Shown here: positions 47,487 to 57,556 of the stretch, in pieces
Position numbering within the stretch: position 1 is the stretch's first letter
Layout: each line of letters begins with the position of its first letter
Origin: TPA_inf: Saccharomyces
Taxonomy: Eukaryota
Length of the DNA stretch: 64,000 nt
Direction: 5' to 3'
Assembly (NCBI GenBank): GCA_000146045.2
Contig: BK006949.2
Location: 288,001 to 352,000, forward strand
Program-made: the position numbers and the translations under genes
Notes under the pieces: generated by a model
The model's database searches: none
What the model was told of the DNA's origin: nothing
What the model saw: the letters and a program-made list of their open reading frames with translations, nothing else

Positions 47487-47952
47487 TGCGTGCTGTTAGT
47501 TGAGTGTGAGTTTATTCTAGAATATACACACAGATACTCCTAGCAGCCAGTGTTTCAACAAACGTGATGTTGTATATGCCTGATGTAATCACGAACTCGA
47601 ACAAAAGGCAAAATGGTAGAAGGCAAGGACAAAGAAGAAAAGAGAAAAAACTTCCAGATACAAAGCTAACACACAAAGGTAAACGGTGATTAAAATGGAT
47701 ATATCGTTGATGTATTTAACAATCTTGAAAAATTCCGTTTAAAAAACATACCAATACGCGCAATAAAAACGGTTCTTATCTGGTACTTTACCTAGTCAGA
47801 CGATTATTGTTCTTTATAAAACGGCCGCGTTTTTTTTCCAACATCACCGCCGCCATATAACTTTCGACATTCTTAGAGTTGTGGTATAAAGAGCAATGCA
47901 TATACGTATGTAATCCTAATTGAAATGCTATCTTTGTAACATAATGAATGGT

Positions 47953-49143
47953 TCAGTTGAGCACATACTTACCATCACCTCCCTCGACAAATATGTCCTG
48001 CACATTCTCGAGTGTGATGAGTGTCTGCTTTATGACCATGTCGGCAACTGTGCTGCCGATATGTGGCAAAGCTGTAACATCCCATCTGCGAAGTAACTCT
48101 TGCTTAACGCGTGTTTCCTCATTTTTAAACACATCGAGACCACAGCTTGCCACTTTTCCAGATTCAAGAGCGTCTAGTAGCACATCTTCATCTATGCATG
48201 TGCCTCTCCCAACGTTAACTATCCTGACACCATCTTTACACCAGGCCAAACTTTTACGATTGATAATATTGTTTGTAGAGGCCGTACTGGGCAAGGCCAA
48301 AATGATCAAATCCGCATTCTTCCAAGTATTTGGATCATCTAGATCAGAATGGTACTTAGCGTTGTAATCAAGTAGACTCTTTTGGACGGGACCGGTCCTT
48401 TTGTAGTATTCAATGCTCATGTTGAACACTTTGTGCAAGTTAGACCCTATATTTTGTCCGATGGAGCCAAACCCCAATATTAGAACTTTTTTATTCATTG
48501 GAGATTCCATTTTTTTCCCGCCAACCGTGTACTTTTCTGCTAAATGTACCACTTTCCTATCCTTGTTAGGCTTGCATTTGTCTGTTCGAGAGGGAAATTT
48601 CATTTCCTGACCGTGGTAACTATCTGTAACAATTTCATACGAGTCACTAGAGATATATTTCTTACACTGTTCAACATTACCATTTTCCACGTATTTAAAA
48701 CAATATTCCCAAAATGAAGTCATTCTAAAGCAGCTAATTGCTAGGAAAATAGCCAATTCTGTGACATGGTCAGCAGCATGTGGTCCAATGTTGCATAAAG
48801 TGATACCTTTCGATCTTAATAACTTACCGTCAATAAAGTCACAGCCGACCCATGGTACAAGGATTACTTTTAAAGATGCGGGGAAGAATTCAATATAACT
48901 CGAAGGGTTTCCTAACACAGTGAAAAACTCCTCAGTGAGCCAAAAGCCGTTTATTCTATGAGTTTCCAAAAATTTAACAAAATCATCCTTTGTGGACATC
49001 TCATATTTATAGAATTCTACCCTTTCTGCCAGTTTGCGATATTCAGGAAGATGACTGGCGACTTCCCATTGGGTTTTATAAGGCACCAAAATTCTTGGTT
49101 TGGCAGAATAAGTTACATCTGCTATGTCAATTGAAGTAATCAT
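47953..49143 (-). CDS. D-isomer-specific 2-hydroxyacid dehydrogenase family protein (putative glyoxylate reductase), 396 aa
   Basis: NAD-binding GxGxxG motif LGFGSIGQNIG and the catalytic-domain signature of the D-2-hydroxyacid dehydrogenase family. I believe this is systematic name YPL113C. Confidence 0.82.
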   Translation of the reverse strand: MITSIDIADVTYSAKPRILVPYKTQWEVASHLPEYRKLAERVEFYKYEMSTKDDFVKFLETHRINGFWLTEEFFTVLGNPSSYIEFFPASLKVILVPWVGCDFIDGKLLRSKGITLCNIGPHAADHVTELAIFLAISCFRMTSFWEYCFKYVENGNVEQCKKYISSDSYEIVTDSYHGQEMKFPSRTDKCKPNKDRKVVHLAEKYTVGGKKMESPMNKKVLILGFGSIGQNIGSNLHKVFNMSIEYYKRTGPVQKSLLDYNAKYHSDLDDPNTWKNADLIILALPSTASTNNIINRKSLAWCKDGVRIVNVGRGTCIDEDVLLDALESGKVASCGLDVFKNEETRVKQELLRRWDVTALPHIGSTVADMVIKQTLITLENVQDIFVEGGDGKYVLN

Positions 49144-49435
49144 TGTTATTTAAAGGTTGCTACTTTTGTACACTCAAGTATTTTTCTGTATTTGAGAGAG
49201 AGCTATTTGTACTCCACACTCCACCTTTTAGATCTGCGTCAAAGTGTCAGAATAAACATACCGTAAAACGGAATGACTACCGCCACCCCAATGACATAAA
49301 AACGGAAGAAAAAGAGCAAAAACCGAGCGCCAAACTATCTTATTCAACGAATCAAATAACAATACAAATGCAGAGGTAAAACATTATTCGCCACATATAT
49401 ATGTACATATCTATATGTATACATATTTTTATATA

Positions 49436-50620
49436 TCAATCTTTTGAAGAGCAAAGTGACCTCTTTGTTGTTATCCAAAGTTTAACCAGTCCAGTTAAGC
49501 CGGATCCCAGGGACAGAACGGCATACGTTCCCTTTGGAGTTTTTAAATTTAGAATATCTGATGTATTAGCCATGCAATCAAACGATAATCTTGCAATATC
49601 TAAATAAACAAGTGTCTTTTCATCCTTGATGGCCTTTAGTTGTTTGTGTATTAACACCTCTGCGTCGTTATTAACATTTAGGTCATTTAACAACTGTTTC
49701 CTAATTGGCGATTGTGAGCCATCGTCTTTATGGGCCTGATGCATCAGTATGGGTGAGAGTAGTAACGCGTTATTTTGAACTTTTAGTTGCACTTCCAATT
49801 CTAATTGTCTCTTCTGTAAGCTTTGCAGGTTGAGCCAATGGTCCTTCAAGCTTAAAAGAATGTCGTATTGCCATGCAAGAGACTCTTGTCTACTGACAAA
49901 GGAATAGAATGATTTATTTGTCCATATTTTCAATTTGTATAGCAAGTCTAATTCATCAAAGATACCATAATACAAGTCCAAAAATTCTCTCAATGAAGCT
50001 TCATTAAACCATATTTTCTTAATTTGGTCAATTTGAAAGTTGCACTTTCTGGTTTTATTGAATTTCCCCAAGAAACTGCACACTCGGAATGGTGTGCCGC
50101 CAAACCTTAAAATATATCTAAAAGTACTTAATTGTTGACTGATAAAATCAATTTTCTTGTCAAAATTTCTCAAAAGAGACAGGAGAAGTACTTTAATTAC
50201 CGTGATTGGATGCCTTAGTGCGACTTTTACAGTCAGATTTTTCAAAATCTTGGTATAGTACGTTAATACGGAAGGGTCCAAAACAGTTAAATTTCGCTTA
50301 GACTTTTCGATAAACAGTTTTAATATATCCAGAGCGTATTTGATAATTTTGGCTAATTTGTCTCTACCAGATAGAGAATCCAATATATATTTTAAGATGG
50401 TAATATTATCCACCATCTTTGTTTTTGCTTGAGAATCCTCATCATCACTTCTCGAGGATTCAGTATGCGACTCGCTTCCACTGCCTGCACTGAACTTCTC
50501 TGCACCGGCGTCTGATGAATGTGGATGGGTATTGTCATCCTGGGCGTCCTGGTAACTTGCCCCAGAATAAGGTGGTGTTTCTGAACCGGAAACGATATCT
50601 GTCGTGCCAAACTGACTCAT
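49436..50620 (-). CDS. PEX25: Peroxin Pex25 (394 aa), peroxisome proliferation/fission
   Basis: 394-aa ORF with an acidic, Ser-rich N-terminus and a conserved Pex11-family C-terminal region. The position matches YPL112C. Confidence 0.78.
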   Translation of the reverse strand: MSQFGTTDIVSGSETPPYSGASYQDAQDDNTHPHSSDAGAEKFSAGSGSESHTESSRSDDEDSQAKTKMVDNITILKYILDSLSGRDKLAKIIKYALDILKLFIEKSKRNLTVLDPSVLTYYTKILKNLTVKVALRHPITVIKVLLLSLLRNFDKKIDFISQQLSTFRYILRFGGTPFRVCSFLGKFNKTRKCNFQIDQIKKIWFNEASLREFLDLYYGIFDELDLLYKLKIWTNKSFYSFVSRQESLAWQYDILLSLKDHWLNLQSLQKRQLELEVQLKVQNNALLLSPILMHQAHKDDGSQSPIRKQLLNDLNVNNDAEVLIHKQLKAIKDEKTLVYLDIARLSFDCMANTSDILNLKTPKGTYAVLSLGSGLTGLVKLWITTKRSLCSSKD

Positions 50621-50847
50621 TGTTTTACGACCAGTTTCTATAGGTGAAGACTTACAGGGAAGTTGAGGATATCGACTCTATTTGTTACTTTCTCCAGCAT
50701 ACAAATTACCGATGATTCTGAGAAGAAAGAAGAAAAACGTATTTCAAAAATTATATAACCTGAAATAATAAGCCCAATCCCACCGGAATTTCATATACTA
50801 TCACCGACCTGGAAAAAAAATGAAGAGTAAAAAGAAAAAAATAAATT

Positions 50848-50919
50848 TAGCGCCGCTCGGTTTCGATCCGAGGACATCAGGGTTATGAGCCCTGCGCGCT
50901 TCCACTGCGCCACGGCGCT
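50848..50919 (-). tRNA. Initiator tRNA-Met gene (anticodon CAU), 72 nt, no intron
   Basis: The reverse complement reads AGCGCCGTGGCGCAGTGGAAGCGCGCAGGGCTCATAACCCTGATGTCCTCGGATCGAAACCGAGCGGCGCTA, which is the yeast tRNAi-Met sequence. The A-box (TGGCGCAGTGG) and B-box (GGATCGAAACC) are present. CCA is not encoded. Confidence 0.95.
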
Positions 50920-51786
50920 GCTAAATCATGTGAGTTTAGCGCGTACCGAGCAAATTCACCAAAATATTTACATCCAATTTGCTCCCCTCACTCTTCCCCG
51001 ATGTCGGTTGTGATTACTGCTACGCATGGCGACTCTTAATTTCTTTCAGGTATAGTAACATTTACTCCTTTAAGTAATTGTCTATTTTTCCTCGACACTG
51101 TATGTAGTTACCTTTCAAGGAAGCTATTCCAATACCATCGTGAGAAAAACTCTATTGGATACTTCATCTAGCTCGTATATATGCTTTTTAAACTTTATAC
51201 CAAACCGTGTAGGCAAAACTGGACCGCCCGGTAAGTTCTGCTATTAACAAATTAAATAAAATTGGCCAAACTGAGGATTGACAGTTCTGAATATCCAAGA
51301 TTACTGACTTCAATTTTCTCACTTCTCATCATAATATTCCGCTGATTTTTACATACCGTATATCCAATTTACGGCCCTTCACATATAGCGGCGAAATGAT
51401 GGTAAAGCTACGCATACTGTCTGACAGGACCCTATTCTAGCAACCTTACATGAAACAAAAACAAACAACATCACATCATACGGATGAACTACGGGTGCAA
51501 TCCCTGACTCATCAATGTTTATCATAAACTTAGATATCAACACTGATAAACCCCACCTCTATTTTTACTGGTTCTTCACTTTTTCGATGCCGCACCGTCG
51601 CCCGCGATCCCCGCCCTTTGATTGCTCCTTCCATTAACAGTTTTTTTCTATCCCTTACAAGAAGCCGAGACGCCGCGAAAATATCGGCTAGTGCGAATAG
51701 TCTCTAGCTCTTGCCCTTCGCAAAGCACCGTGCTGCTAATGGCAATCAACAGCGCATCGCCGCTCGCTGAATTTTTCACTTAGCGG

Positions 51787-51796
51787 TAGCCGCCGA
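51787..51796 (+). promoter_or_regulatory. CAR1: URS1 element (TAGCCGCCGA) in the CAR1 promoter, with a TATATAAG TATA box at 51810-51817
   Basis: Exact match to the URS1 core AGCCGCCGA originally defined in CAR1. It lies about 150 bp upstream of the ATG at 51944. The TATA box is about 130 bp upstream. Confidence 0.8.
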
Positions 51797-51943
51797 GGGG
51801 TCTAAAGAGTATATAAGCAGAGCTTGCGGCCCACTTTCTATCAAGATCTAAGACTGTTTCTCTTCTCTTGGTCTGTATATGTTTTCTCAAAGTTAGCAGA
51901 AACAACAACAACAACTATATCAATAACAATAACTACTATCAAG

Positions 51944-52945
51944 ATGGAAACAGGACCTCATTACAACTACTACAAAAATCGCGAATTGTCCATCGTTCTG
52001 GCTCCATTCAGCGGCGGTCAGGGTAAGCTTGGTGTCGAGAAGGGCCCTAAATACATGCTTAAGCATGGTCTGCAAACAAGCATAGAGGATTTGGGCTGGT
52101 CTACGGAATTAGAGCCCTCAATGGACGAGGCCCAATTTGTGGGAAAGTTGAAAATGGAGAAGGACTCCACAACTGGGGGTTCCTCTGTTATGATAGACGG
52201 TGTCAAGGCTAAAAGAGCAGATTTGGTTGGTGAAGCCACCAAGTTGGTGTACAACTCCGTGTCGAAAGTGGTCCAGGCGAACAGATTCCCCTTGACCTTG
52301 GGTGGTGATCATTCAATAGCCATTGGTACTGTATCCGCGGTTTTGGACAAATACCCCGATGCTGGTCTTTTATGGATAGACGCCCACGCTGATATAAACA
52401 CCATAGAAAGCACCCCCTCTGGAAACTTGCACGGCTGTCCCGTGTCATTCCTAATGGGTTTGAACAAGGATGTCCCACATTGTCCCGAGTCGCTCAAATG
52501 GGTTCCAGGCAACTTGAGCCCAAAAAAGATCGCGTATATTGGGTTGAGAGATGTTGATGCCGGAGAAAAGAAAATCTTGAAAGATCTGGGTATCGCCGCC
52601 TTTTCCATGTACCACGTTGACAAATACGGCATCAACGCTGTCATTGAAATGGCAATGAAAGCCGTGCACCCAGAAACAAACGGTGAAGGTCCCATTATGT
52701 GCTCCTATGACGTCGATGGTGTAGACCCATTATACATTCCTGCTACAGGTACTCCAGTGAGAGGTGGGTTGACCTTGAGAGAAGGTCTTTTCTTGGTGGA
52801 AAGATTGGCCGAATCCGGTAATTTAATTGCGCTAGACGTTGTTGAATGTAACCCTGATCTGGCTATTCATGATATCCATGTTTCAAACACCATCTCTGCA
52901 GGTTGCGCCATTGCAAGGTGTGCATTGGGTGAAACCTTATTGTAG
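51944..52945 (+). CDS. CAR1: Arginase Car1 (333 aa)
   Basis: Arginase-family Mn-binding motifs ([26 protein letters not shown]). The ORF-track start at 51824 is a TTG. The first ATG, at 51944, gives [28 protein letters not shown]. Confidence 0.92.
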   Translation: METGPHYNYYKNRELSIVLAPFSGGQGKLGVEKGPKYMLKHGLQTSIEDLGWSTELEPSMDEAQFVGKLKMEKDSTTGGSSVMIDGVKAKRADLVGEATKLVYNSVSKVVQANRFPLTLGGDHSIAIGTVSAVLDKYPDAGLLWIDAHADINTIESTPSGNLHGCPVSFLMGLNKDVPHCPESLKWVPGNLSPKKIAYIGLRDVDAGEKKILKDLGIAAFSMYHVDKYGINAVIEMAMKAVHPETNGEGPIMCSYDVDGVDPLYIPATGTPVRGGLTLREGLFLVERLAESGNLIALDVVECNPDLAIHDIHVSNTISAGCAIARCALGETLL

Positions 52946-53067
52946 TTTATATCATCATCCCTTTTATCAAAATAAGCATTCTCTTTTTATTTTAGTTAAG
53001 CACATGCATACATAAATTTACGAACAAAAAAAGAAAATAAATTAAAAATAAAAGTAGTGTATCTTCG

Positions 53068-56000
53068 TTACTTTTCATTCTTTTTGGTTAACCCACGTCT
53101 AATTGCCAATACACTATCGACGATCACGGCATCTACACCTGCTTCAATTTGTATACTGGCATTTTCGGGATCATTGTTGTCCACACCGTAAGTGACACAT
53201 ACCAGCCCATTAGACTTAACCACTTGCACCAACCGTGGGGCCTTTAAAATGGGTGCTGCAGCAGATACAATCCCCAATAAATTCCACTTCTTAGCAAATC
53301 TTATACCGTTTTGTAACGATGAGGCTCTCAAATCGGCCATCTGTTCACTTCCACCTTCCGTCAGGAACAAGATCGGAATAACCGGTTGCTTTAACGAAAG
53401 CATGATGCAAATATCCGGATGAAATGACGAAAAAATGATGTCCCTACCATTCGCATTGTCAAAAACTACTTTTAACACGGTGTCAACCCAATGGTTCATT
53501 TCCATCATTATTTGCCCTAACTCTTCCTCTTCTGCCTCATCAAGCATGGGAAACTTACATTCTATGTTAAACCCAACGTTGGCAGGGATTTTCTTGAATA
53601 GTTCTTTCAAGGTAACAAATGATGAAGCTATTGAATGTCCTCTAGCGTTTCCCTTAAAATTGTTCTTTTTAAATGTTTTGGTTAGCCTCATTCGATTGTC
53701 AGACCAATGAGCATTGTTGGACTTCCCATTCGGGTCGTTGTCGTGTAAATCCCAAGCTCTCCTCAATGTACTAACGTCTGAATCATCTACCGAACGCCCT
53801 CTATATTTTTGTAGTGCTGTATCTGCTCCATTTACATGATGAGGTGAGTGACCTGCTCCACGTTGAATGTGCTCTTTATCGGCATTGTTCAAATCTAAAA
53901 ACTGTTCCAGCGTCAATTCATGCATGGGGATATCGACACCTGTTTCAGCTACGAGAAAATCGTGATATACCACTGGTACGTTATCCTTCGTCAACTGAAC
54001 ATCAAACTCTACATACGATGCTCCCAATGAGGCTGCCATGATGAAAGACTCGACTGTGTTCTCTCCAATTTGTAATGATTTATTAGGATTATTTTTACCC
54101 AGGCCTCTATGTCCTATAACACGAGTGGACACTAAGGATTTCCAGTACGTTTCTGTTCTTTCTAAGGGCAGTTGTGGATGTTCAAATGGTGTGATAATAA
54201 TATATTCAAATTTCAGCGTCCCAAGTATCTCCAGTGTATGATTAGCGATGATGGGGACCGTCACGCTACCATTTAATATACTTCTATTAACTCCCACTGA
54301 GCTGTACGACTTATTCAACATGGAAACACCCCTTGCCATTACGTAATTATTGTTATTTTTTTGACAATCTATTCTATTATGGGTCTCCAACGAGCGTGTT
54401 CCATATGTTGGCACAATATCAAAATATAATGTATGAGAATAATCAACTTTGAAAGGCACTTTGAAGTCTACTGCGTCCACATTATCATCTAATGGTAAAT
54501 CTAAGATTACAGAAGATTTATCAATTGAATCATTGCATGAAATTACTAACGATAATGCACAATCTGTTTCCAACCCAATAACTTTTGCTAGTGCTTCCGA
54601 GCTTAATGAAATTGAAGGGCTTTTGTTTCTTGTGTCATTACTTCCCAATGTTATTAGTATAAGTGATTCATTATTATCCAGGAATCTGTGTCCATATGAC
54701 TTTATTGGTCCGGCCAGTTTTCCCAAGGACCCTTTATTACCTCCGTTTCCATTTTCATTTCTCTCATTTAATTCTCCGGCACTAATTTCGTTTAGTGGTT
54801 CTTTCTCTTCGCTACCACTGTTCAACTGTGAATGGGGATGCGTGACCAGTTCGTCTCTGATTTGAACCATATCAGCAATGTGCAAATGACCGCGCAATAC
54901 CGCGTGCTCCATCGGCGTCCACCCACCTTCATCTTCAATATCAAAGTTCGCGTTGTTGGCTATCAAGAGCTTTACAATGTCCGTAAACCCTTCTGCTGCT
55001 GCAACGAAGATAGCTGTCCAGCCAAAAAGTTTTTCTCTTATTTCAAGGTCGGCTCCATTGTACAACAAACACACAGCAGCTTCGAAAAAATTTAATCTAC
55101 AAGCAAGATATAGCGGTGTTTCATGTAATTCGTTGTCTTGATAATTAATATCAAACCTTTTTGATGATAGGAGAACATGTAAAAGGGGATAGTTATTCCA
55201 CTCAGTGGCCAAATGTAACAAACTTGAACTTTTTAATTTCACGTTCGGATCCAAAGATTGCAATAAGACTTCTGTTGTTTTGGGATGAGCACCCAACACA
55301 CATAAATGTAAAGGTGTCAATGATTCGGCATCTCCGAACGCGGAAACGTCATCAATAGGGATTTCATTCCAGATATTCCATTCTTTCATTAACTTGATAA
55401 TCAACTTCGTAACTTCAGATAAGCCATACTGGCAAGAATAATGCAAGGGCGTTCTCTTGTAATTATCATGCTGAAAAAGGCATGGTCTTAAATGAATTGG
55501 TAACTCCTCTAAAATATAAGAGAGTGTACAGGCCGAACTTTTTTCCTCCTCTGTAATGCTATCTGATTCTGCCGGGGCAGATAGGGTCGTATGCAGGGTT
55601 CTTAAATCTGTTACAATTTCTCCCTCACTATTAGTATATTTTGAGGGTTGTGACTTCTTTTTCCTACTTAAAATTTCCTGTTTTCTGATTAACTTCCCGA
55701 TTGCAATTATGTGATGATGGAAAAAATTTCTTCTGTTAATATCTTCCGAGTCATTTAGAGACGGAATAACCTTTAAGATAGCATCAATACATGCCAGTGA
55801 TTTAGACAGTGCTGCCTTGTTTAAAACACTTATCATAATTCTTGTTGGAATCAAAGACAATTCCGAATATAGGTTTGTTAGCTCTCTAATCAATCCTTTG
55901 CTATCATCTTCTTCTATAAAAACGCAAATAATCTTAAAGAATTCTGTATTATCATTAGCATTTGCGTTCGGCGAGGTACTCCTCATTACTCTCTCGTAAG

Positions 56001-56739
56001 AATTTATCCTGAACGTCACTTGTTCCCAGATAGTTTTTAGCAAACTCAAATCTTTGGTAATAAGAGAATCATTAGCAAATTGTAACGGCAAGATTCTAGT
56101 TTTCATAGTTGACATTTGCTGATTTGTGCCGACTTTTTTATCCAGTTTCTTTAAAATCTTACCAAAAGCTCTCTTATTTAGTTCAGCGTACCACTTTAAG
56201 TTTCTAAATTGTTTTCTTAACTCAGCTAAGATAGACTGAATTTCAATTAAGTCATCTTTATGGTAAGATAGACGGCTGGCTTGACTTGTTCCCTTTAAAA
56301 GCATATTCATCTCTCTCGTATCCTTTGTGAGTAAGGTTTGCGCTACTGCATCTTCTTTGTTGGCATCGACCACTAATGTTGATTTTATCTCATTGAATTG
56401 ATTAGAAGAAAGCAATCTCTCAAATCTTTTCTTATATTCCGCATACTGGGAATTGTAAAATGTATCAACCTTCTCAATATCCCTGTCAACTGCAAAGAAA
56501 AACGACGCCAATAACTTTTGGATTTTTGGAGAGTCCAAATAATTTTGAGCACTATTAGATGAATCTCTCATTTTTGTTGGTGGCCTGCCTTCATCATAGC
56601 TATTCTTGTTATGTGCCCTATATATGTCTTCTTGAAGTCTTGTAATTTCTTTAATCATTTTCTTCAACGACTTGTAGCCAACATATTGACTTGACCACTC
56701 TGGAATGCGATGATTGGCAAAGGTTTTTCCGAACTTCAT
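53068..56739 (-). CDS. GDE1: Glycerophosphocholine phosphodiesterase Gde1 (1223 aa) with SPX, ankyrin-repeat and GP-PDE domains
   Basis: N-terminal SPX domain (MKFGKTFANHRIPEWSSQYVGYKSLKKMIKEI), central ankyrin repeats, and a C-terminal GP-PDE domain (HRGLGKN...ENTVESFIMAASLGASYVEFDVQLTKD). Confidence 0.9.
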   Translation of the reverse strand: MKFGKTFANHRIPEWSSQYVGYKSLKKMIKEITRLQEDIYRAHNKNSYDEGRPPTKMRDSSNSAQNYLDSPKIQKLLASFFFAVDRDIEKVDTFYNSQYAEYKKRFERLLSSNQFNEIKSTLVVDANKEDAVAQTLLTKDTREMNMLLKGTSQASRLSYHKDDLIEIQSILAELRKQFRNLKWYAELNKRAFGKILKKLDKKVGTNQQMSTMKTRILPLQFANDSLITKDLSLLKTIWEQVTFRINSYERVMRSTSPNANANDNTEFFKIICVFIEEDDSKGLIRELTNLYSELSLIPTRIMISVLNKAALSKSLACIDAILKVIPSLNDSEDINRRNFFHHHIIAIGKLIRKQEILSRKKKSQPSKYTNSEGEIVTDLRTLHTTLSAPAESDSITEEEKSSACTLSYILEELPIHLRPCLFQHDNYKRTPLHYSCQYGLSEVTKLIIKLMKEWNIWNEIPIDDVSAFGDAESLTPLHLCVLGAHPKTTEVLLQSLDPNVKLKSSSLLHLATEWNNYPLLHVLLSSKRFDINYQDNELHETPLYLACRLNFFEAAVCLLYNGADLEIREKLFGWTAIFVAAAEGFTDIVKLLIANNANFDIEDEGGWTPMEHAVLRGHLHIADMVQIRDELVTHPHSQLNSGSEEKEPLNEISAGELNERNENGNGGNKGSLGKLAGPIKSYGHRFLDNNESLILITLGSNDTRNKSPSISLSSEALAKVIGLETDCALSLVISCNDSIDKSSVILDLPLDDNVDAVDFKVPFKVDYSHTLYFDIVPTYGTRSLETHNRIDCQKNNNNYVMARGVSMLNKSYSSVGVNRSILNGSVTVPIIANHTLEILGTLKFEYIIITPFEHPQLPLERTETYWKSLVSTRVIGHRGLGKNNPNKSLQIGENTVESFIMAASLGASYVEFDVQLTKDNVPVVYHDFLVAETGVDIPMHELTLEQFLDLNNADKEHIQRGAGHSPHHVNGADTALQKYRGRSVDDSDVSTLRRAWDLHDNDPNGKSNNAHWSDNRMRLTKTFKKNNFKGNARGHSIASSFVTLKELFKKIPANVGFNIECKFPMLDEAEEEELGQIMMEMNHWVDTVLKVVFDNANGRDIIFSSFHPDICIMLSLKQPVIPILFLTEGGSEQMADLRASSLQNGIRFAKKWNLLGIVSAAAPILKAPRLVQVVKSNGLVCVTYGVDNNDPENASIQIEAGVDAVIVDSVLAIRRGLTKKNEK

Positions 56740-56991
56740 TGATTATATTGTTTGATTATATAAAGACCTTACAGTTTCAGTAGTTTGTCACCTTAGTTGG
56801 AGATAGTGGCTATTTTTGTGTAATTTGATGAGGGTTCCCTTCTTAGTTGGGTTTAAATTTTTTGCTACCGTTGCCTTATTGTTCAATGAAGCACTAATTG
56901 CAAAACTTAAACTCTTTAATAGTCTCACTTTGTAAGACAATAATTTATTTTTTACTTCTGTCAGCCAACGCTCTCTTTTTAATATAATGTG

Positions 56992-57224
56992 CACGTTCTA
57001 AAAATAATTCTCTTATTCAGTTGGCGCTATTAAGTGAATTAGAAACGTTTTGACGAAATTTACTATTAAAAGAACACTACGAGTCGATAATGACAGCACT
57101 GGTCTAAATTTCAGCTAGAGCAACAGCAAATTATTATTTGTCACTTAAATAAACTTGGTCGTTTTTTTGGAGAGCTAATATGTTGGGACAGCGTGTGTAA
57201 CATTGCTCCACCTGCGAACACGTG
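56992..57224. promoter_or_regulatory. GDE1: Pho4-type E-boxes in the GDE1 promoter: CACGTT at 56992-56997 and CACGTG at 57219-57224
   Basis: These are the same two core variants (CACGTT and CACGTG) found in PHO5 UASp1 and UASp2. They lie about 255 and 480 bp upstream of the GDE1 ATG at 56739. GDE1 is phosphate-starvation induced. Confidence 0.5.
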
Positions 57225-57556
57225 GAAGTCGCAATTATAAAAGATGCATAAAAAGAAAGAATATTAATAATTAGGACACAATTGATCAGTCCTGACAAGA
57301 TCGTATATTTGCTTCATCGAGAGATGCATTAATTGACGCACTTCTAAACCAACCCATATCTTGAGCATTGATAATGTGCTTGCATCTTTCAAGAGACTTT
57401 TGGCTTCCCGCTTAAACCCGAATTCACGTAATATAGGCAGCGAACTGTTTACGAAGAGAAGTTACAAGATGTGGGTATTTTTGTTAGTAAAAGAATTTCT
57501 TTAGTAGCAATAAAAAGCAAAAAAAAGCAATAGAAAAGGGTTTTAAAAAATTGATG

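Noticed and set aside
47948-48367. Plus-strand 139-aa ORF overlapping YPL113C
   Set aside because: It is fully antisense to a well-supported dehydrogenase CDS. It matches what I recall as dubious ORF YPL114W. There is no domain content.
50700-51600. Search for Ty LTR (delta, sigma or tau) remnants flanking the tRNAi-Met gene
   Set aside because: No TGTTG...CAACA-bounded or LTR-like sequence was recognisable by eye. A diverged fragment cannot be excluded without a similarity search.
52018-52695. Cluster of four overlapping minus-strand ORFs (64-128 aa) inside CAR1
   Set aside because: Antisense and out-of-frame ORFs within a strongly supported arginase CDS. No start context or conservation argument supports them.
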